Below, in pieces: positions 28,580 through 32,380 of a stretch of 32,380 nt of DNA. The stretch comes from Myxococcales bacterium (GTDB lineage Bacteria; Desulfobacterota; Binatia; HRBIN30; BPIQ01), in the NCBI GenBank assembly GCA_037440145.1, contig JBBIUR010000022.1, positions 1 through 32,380 on the forward strand, written 5' to 3'. A model generated the notes under the pieces. That model was not told the DNA's origin. It searched no databases and worked only from the letters and a program-made list of their open reading frames with translations. The position numbers and the translations under genes are program-made. Position 1 is the stretch's first letter; each line of letters starts with the position of its first letter.

Positions 28580-29143
28580 ATGCGGCGACACGGATTTTGG
28601 ACGGCAATCGTGGCCATAGTGATGGTGGCGGTGGTTTCCGGCTTTGCGCGAGGCGCGGGAGAGCTGCGGCGGGAGACGCCTGCGCGGCGCCCGTATATCG
28701 TAGAGATCGGCGATCCGCGTCCGCTCACCAAGGCGCAGCTCGAGCGCGAGATGCGCCTCAACAGCGATCTCAGGGATTATATAGGTTATTACGGATTCCC
28801 CGAGGTTCCCGATGCGCCCTGGGACGCCTATGAGGTCCGGCTGTACTACCTGCGCCGGAGACAGGAAGTGGCTTTCGGGCGGGCGTTCGTGGCGCCTACC
28901 GTCACGGACTTCGGAGTGCTGAAGTACCTGGGGCCGATCACCGATGCGGACCGCGAGCGCCTGGCGCGCAGAGCGGCGATCGGCGAGGATGCTTACGCCC
29001 GGGCTGCCAGTGCGGCGGAGCGCGCGGAGCGAGCTGCGGAGCGGGCTGCCGCCGATAGCCGGGCAGCGGCCCGGGCGGCGGAGCGGGCTGCCGCGGCTGC
29101 GGAGAGGATGGAAAGGGAGTTCTACGAAGGGGTGCGGAAGTAG
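28580..29143 (+). CDS. hypothetical secreted/membrane-anchored protein with Ala/Glu/Arg-rich C-terminal repeats
   Basis: Strong RBS, and an N-terminal hydrophobic segment (FWTAIVAIVMVAVVSGFARGAG). A central region has non-biased composition (RDYIGYYGFPEVPDAPWDAYEVRLYY). The tail is AERAERAAERAAADSRAAARAAERAAAAAERME. I recognise no family. Confidence 0.6.
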   Translation: MRRHGFWTAIVAIVMVAVVSGFARGAGELRRETPARRPYIVEIGDPRPLTKAQLEREMRLNSDLRDYIGYYGFPEVPDAPWDAYEVRLYYLRRRQEVAFGRAFVAPTVTDFGVLKYLGPITDADRERLARRAAIGEDAYARAASAAERAERAAERAAADSRAAARAAERAAAAAERMEREFYEGVRK

Positions 29144-29176
29144 CCTGCGCCGCGGCGCAGGCGCTTCGAGGAAGCC

Positions 29177-30142
29177 GTGCAAGCGCTGGTGTTGCGCGGC
29201 CGGCAGCTGGCGCTCGCCCAGCGGCCGAAACCGCGCCCGCGGCCCGGTTGGGCTTTGGTGCGCGTATCCTGTGCCGGAGTTTGCCGGACCGACCTGGAGA
29301 TTGTCCGCGGCTACATGGGCTTTCAGGGAGTATTGGGGCACGAGTTTGTGGGCCGCGTGGTCGATGGGCCTCCGCAATGGCGGGGAGCCCGGGTCGTCGC
29401 CGAAATCAACTTTGCGTGTGGTTGTTGCGGCGCTTGTCGCGGTGGAATCGCGCGCCACTGCCCGCGCCGCCGCGTCATGGGCATCTCGGGAGCGGATGGT
29501 GCCTTTGCGGAGTACGTGTCCGTACCCGTGCGGAACTTGCACCAGGTACCCGACGAAGTTCCGGACGAGTGCGCCGTCTTTGTCGAGCCGCTGGCGGCTG
29601 CTTTCGAGATTCTCGAACAGGTGCACATCGCGCCGGGAGCCCGCGCGGTTGTGCTGGGCGATGGCAAGCTCGGTCTTTTGTGCGCCCAGGTCCTGACGCT
29701 CGCCGGAGCTCGGGTGCTGGTGGTGGGCAAGCACGAGTCGAAGCTCGACATCGTGCGGCGGCGGGGCATCGAGGCGGTCGGGCTTTCCGGCTGGCGTCAG
29801 GAGCCAGCCGACGTGGTGGTCGAGGCGACGGGACGGGCAGAGGGATTTTCCATCGCGCTCGGAGCCGTCCGGCCGCGGGGCACGCTGGTGCTGAAGAGCA
29901 CGGTTGCAGGCTCCGTGCGAGCGGATCTCGCGCCCTTGGTGATCCACGAAATCACGCTTGTGGGTTCGCGCTGTGGGCCCTTCCGACCGGCACTGCAAGC
30001 GCTGGAAAAGGGAGTGGTCGACGTGAGGTCCCTGGTCTCGGCGCGCTTTCCGCTCGCACGGGCGAAGGAGGCGATCGCAGCCGCGGGCAAGGGCGGGGTG
30101 CTCAAGGTGCTGATTGACAACCCGCAGCGGCAGGCCGTTTGA
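29177..30142 (+). CDS. zinc-dependent alcohol dehydrogenase family (MDR) oxidoreductase
   Basis: Catalytic Zn ligands in GVCRTDLE and GHEFVG, the structural Zn cluster CGCCGACRGGIARHC, and a Rossmann motif VLGDGKLG. GTG start. Confidence 0.85.
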   Translation: MQALVLRGRQLALAQRPKPRPRPGWALVRVSCAGVCRTDLEIVRGYMGFQGVLGHEFVGRVVDGPPQWRGARVVAEINFACGCCGACRGGIARHCPRRRVMGISGADGAFAEYVSVPVRNLHQVPDEVPDECAVFVEPLAAAFEILEQVHIAPGARAVVLGDGKLGLLCAQVLTLAGARVLVVGKHESKLDIVRRRGIEAVGLSGWRQEPADVVVEATGRAEGFSIALGAVRPRGTLVLKSTVAGSVRADLAPLVIHEITLVGSRCGPFRPALQALEKGVVDVRSLVSARFPLARAKEAIAAAGKGGVLKVLIDNPQRQAV

Positions 30143-30205
30143 GAATCGCGCGGTGCATGGCGGGTCGAACGCAACCGAAGCCAGGGCGCGCCGCGCGAGA
30201 CCGGT

Positions 30206-30670
30206 TCAGGTTCCGGGCAACGCGTTGGGATCCCCGGGGGCCTGCACTAGCTCGATCAGCGTCCCGTCGGGGTCGGTGACAAAGACCGCCGCGGCTTCGA
30301 ACGCCGGTACATCGATGCGCGTCTCCCGAAGGATTTGGACCCCTGCGTTCTCTAAGGCCGACACCGTTTCGTCGAAACGGTCCACGCGCAGCGAGAAATG
30401 CGTAAGGCCGAGCTGGTTCATGGGTCGAGGCTGCGCGCTGCCCGTGTGTCCAGGCGACTCATAATGCAAGAGTTCGATTCGGAAGCCGTCTCGCTCGAGG
30501 TAAATCGCTCGCAGGTGCAGGTCCTTGACGCGGAGGAGCGTCTCTGTGGGTTCGCCAACTAATTGGAGTTCGCCCACGTAGCGGAAGCCGAGCAGATCGC
30601 GGTAAAAACGGAGGGATCTTTCCCAATCGGAGACGCAGACCCCGACGTGGCTGAGGCGCACCAAGGCCAT
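30206..30670 (-). CDS. VOC family protein (glyoxalase/bleomycin resistance/dioxygenase fold)
   Basis: LSHVGVCVSDWERSLRFYRDLLGF ... GLTHFSLRV ... FVTDPDGTLIELV shows the paired beta-alpha-beta-beta-beta module pattern. Confidence 0.85.
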   Translation of the reverse strand: MALVRLSHVGVCVSDWERSLRFYRDLLGFRYVGELQLVGEPTETLLRVKDLHLRAIYLERDGFRIELLHYESPGHTGSAQPRPMNQLGLTHFSLRVDRFDETVSALENAGVQILRETRIDVPAFEAAAVFVTDPDGTLIELVQAPGDPNALPGT

Positions 30671-30724
30671 CGGCGGCAGACAATAGTGATTCCGCTTCGA
30701 GCGGTCAAATGGCGGGCCGCCAAC

Positions 30725-30752
30725 TTGACTCGGGGCCGGCTGCCCCTAGAAT
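30725..30752 (+). promoter_or_regulatory. sigma-70-like promoter TTGACT-16 nt-TAGAAT upstream of the exosortase-like gene
   Basis: TTGACT at 30725-30730, a 16-nt spacer, and TAGAAT at 30747-30752. AGGA lies about 9 nt before the GTG start at 30779. Confidence 0.45.
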
Positions 30753-30778
30753 CCGGCCGTCTTCGATAGGAATCGTCT

Positions 30779-31321
30779 GTGGTGGAACGCGTTCGCATTT
30801 GGCTCGCGGCTCACTGGGTGGCAATCCGCGTGGTGGCGACGTTTCTCGGGCTGATCGTCGTGTTTTTTACCGCTCTCACTTATCGGCCCATTGTGGAGCG
30901 GGTGGACGTTGCGGGCGGACTTGCACAAGTGAGCGCCTGGCTGAGTTGGTGGGTGTTGCGCGGCATCGGGGCGGTGGCCGGGTTCGGGGTCTCGAGAGCG
31001 GGGACGATCCTGGGTTCGGGGTCCTTCGAGGTCGACGTCAGCCCAGCCTGCTCCGGGGCGGTGCCAACCATGATCTACGTTTCAGCGGTGCTAGCGTATC
31101 CCGCAAACTGGCGCGCGAAGTTCGCCGGTACCGCGCTCGGTGTGGTGCTGATCAACGGGCTGAACCTGGTGCGCGTGATTGCCCTTTTCTTGATTGGGCT
31201 CTATCGGTTTCAGCTTTTTCACGAGACACACGTGTACGTTGCCCAGGCGCTAGTAGTTGCCGTGGCGGTGGTCACGTGGCTGTTCTGGGCGGATCGAATC
31301 GCGAATGCTACTGGGCGTTAA
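30779..31321 (+). CDS. exosortase/archaeosortase-family intramembrane transpeptidase, minimal form (180 aa)
   Basis: Polytopic membrane protein with the family's Cys-Arg-His arrangement: Cys91 in VDVSPACSGAV, Arg132 in INGLNLVRVIALF, and His148/His151 in LFHETHVY. GTG start at 30779 or 30782. Confidence 0.75.
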   Translation: MVERVRIWLAAHWVAIRVVATFLGLIVVFFTALTYRPIVERVDVAGGLAQVSAWLSWWVLRGIGAVAGFGVSRAGTILGSGSFEVDVSPACSGAVPTMIYVSAVLAYPANWRAKFAGTALGVVLINGLNLVRVIALFLIGLYRFQLFHETHVYVAQALVVAVAVVTWLFWADRIANATGR

Positions 31322-31961
31322 GCCAGGGATTTTTTTCGCTCGCCTGCTGGTTTTCTTTGCCCTCGCTTACTTTGCATGGACGCCGATTGCACCTCATTAC
31401 ACGGCGCTTCTGGCCCGCGCCGCGCAGGTGGCGATGTGGTTCGCCGAGGGCTTCGGCCCCCGCGCGACGCGCGCGGCGACCTCCGTGTTCACCCGAGACG
31501 GGGGCATTTTTTACACGCATCGGCTCTTTCCCGGGGTACACCCGCCGGGAATCCCAGGGGATTGGGTGCAGGCCAACATGGTACTCCTGCTCGCTTTAAT
31601 GCTCGCCACGCCTGCACCCACATGGAGGGCACGAACGGTGCGTTTGCTGGTCGCCGCAGCCGCTGCTTTAGGCCTGCAGGTGCTGGGGCTGGTCATTGCC
31701 ATCCAGGCGACTTGGGCTACGTCGCTCGGCGTGTTCAGCGCGCGCTATTATGGACCGGTGCGCCGCCTCGTGTACGAGTTTGCGGATTCGTTCTTTCAAA
31801 GCTTTGACACCCAGCTTTTTCCGGTAATGATCTGGGGTGGGATCCACTTCGACCAACTGTTCGGAGGGATCCGCAGGATGGTCTCTCCGGCGCCCTTTGC
31901 AAGTCGCCGAGAAAGCCGCGCCGAGCGCCGGCGCCAAAGGCGAGCGAGAGCAGACGCGTGA
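31305..31961 (+). CDS. multi-TM membrane protein co-transcribed with and overlapping the exosortase-like gene (possible exosortase-associated partner)
   Basis: ATG 31305 overlaps the upstream gene by 17 nt. About 4-5 hydrophobic helices (IFFARLLVFFALAYFAW; ANMVLLLALMLATPA; LLVAAAAALGLQVLGLVIAIQ; LFPVMIWGGIHF) and a basic C-terminal tail (RRESRAERRRQRRARADA). I recognise no enzyme motif. Confidence 0.6.
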   Translation: MLLGVKPGIFFARLLVFFALAYFAWTPIAPHYTALLARAAQVAMWFAEGFGPRATRAATSVFTRDGGIFYTHRLFPGVHPPGIPGDWVQANMVLLLALMLATPAPTWRARTVRLLVAAAAALGLQVLGLVIAIQATWATSLGVFSARYYGPVRRLVYEFADSFFQSFDTQLFPVMIWGGIHFDQLFGGIRRMVSPAPFASRRESRAERRRQRRARADA

Positions 31962-32127
31962 CTGGGGTGCTGGTGGTCTCGTGGCTTCGCTGCGGCGCAG
32001 CCGCGGTCGGTCGTCGTGGACGCGCGGGCCGAGGGGGGTCGAGTCGTCGGGACGTTTCGCACTTGCCGCAGTTCGGCAATCGCCCCAAGCTGGGAGTCGA
32101 TCGCGCCCGGGGCAGGCGGCGTTGTCC

Positions 32128-32380
32128 CTAACGCCTTCCCCACACTTGGACTTCGGCAATCGTGAGGTAGTTGGTACCGGTGAGCTGGATTCTCACGTAG
32201 CGTCCGGTGCGATTTACAGGTACTTCGCTGGGACGTCCGGCCTCTCCGACGACGAAATAGCCCGAGACTCCCTGCTGCGCGAGTACGGTGTTGAGGCTCG
32301 TTGAACGGAACGGGTCGTCGGACACGAGCACGTAAAAGGTGCGAAGCCGGTTGCTGCAGCAGTCAGTTCGGTTCCACACG
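32128..32380 (-). CDS. F-type lectin (fucolectin/FTP, F5/8 type C-like) domain protein, C-terminal fragment; 5' end outside the window
   Basis: WNRTDCCSNRL carries the RxDx4R half of the F-type lectin fucose-binding motif with the CC pair. GRYVRIQLTGTNYLTIAEVQVWG is the characteristic last strand of the fold. The ORF is open to the window edge. Confidence 0.7.
   Translation of the reverse strand, partial: VWNRTDCCSNRLRTFYVLVSDDPFRSTSLNTVLAQQGVSGYFVVGEAGRPSEVPVNRTGRYVRIQLTGTNYLTIAEVQVWGRR

Noticed and set aside
26696-29998. A 1100-aa uninterrupted ORF on the minus strand spanning four plus-strand genes and three intergenic spacers.
   Set aside because: The SIS gene (26555), nagA (27335), the hypothetical gene (28580) and the ADH gene (29177) all start in the same reading frame (position mod 3 = 2). 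The minus ORF is codon-aligned to them, so its stops would have to be sense TTA, CTA or TCA codons, which are rare in GC3-rich genes. The translation is Arg/Pro/His/Gly-rich with no motifs. The plus-strand genes have clear family signatures, so this is a shadow ORF.
32128-32160. The C-terminal ...VQVWGRR of the lectin fragment as a possible IPTLxxWG/PEP-CTERM-type sorting signal for the neighbouring exosortase.
   Set aside because: No hydrophobic TM helix follows the WG. The sequence is the normal last beta-strand of an F5/8-type or F-type lectin domain ending directly in the stop codon.

Overview
This is a GC-rich window (GC3-rich codons, many spurious antisense ORFs) from a didermic bacterium, shown by a TonB-dependent receptor, an OprP-type porin and an RND pump. 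I cannot assign the taxon from sequence alone.

Gene order:
- A 5'-truncated TonB-dependent receptor.
- A thioredoxin-type arsC on the minus strand.
- A tetR-MFP-RND efflux operon with GTGA-coupled junctions and no outer-membrane factor gene.
- mgtE and an acetyl-CoA hydrolase/transferase-family gene, both on the minus strand.
- A complete co-linear Pho cluster on the plus strand at 10806-21002: OprO/P porin, pstS, long-form pstC, long-form pstA, pstB, phoU, phoB, phoR. Four phased Pho-box half-sites precede it.
- An APH-like phosphotransferase and tRNA-Ala(CGC), followed by an unexplained noncoding gap of about 470 nt.
- An MFS transporter divergent from a tightly coupled four-gene amino-sugar-like operon: BadF-type kinase, cytoplasmic neutral-ceramidase-like amidohydrolase, single-SIS protein, nagA.
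- A secreted hypothetical protein behind a sigma-54-like -24/-12 element, then a Zn-dependent ADH and a VOC/glyoxalase gene on the minus strand.
- A minimal 180-aa exosortase-family protein overlapping a multi-TM partner gene.
- The 3' end of an F-type lectin (fucolectin) domain gene running off the window.

I see no CRISPR array, IS element, integrase or recognisable defence island. The most promising leads for undescribed biology are:
- the minimal exosortase and partner pair;
- the ceramidase-like and single-SIS variant of a GlcNAc-type operon;
- the beta-propeller and coiled-coil insertions in PstC and PstA;
- the noncoding gap after the tRNA.

All functional calls rest on motif recognition in the translated ORFs by eye. 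No searches were run.
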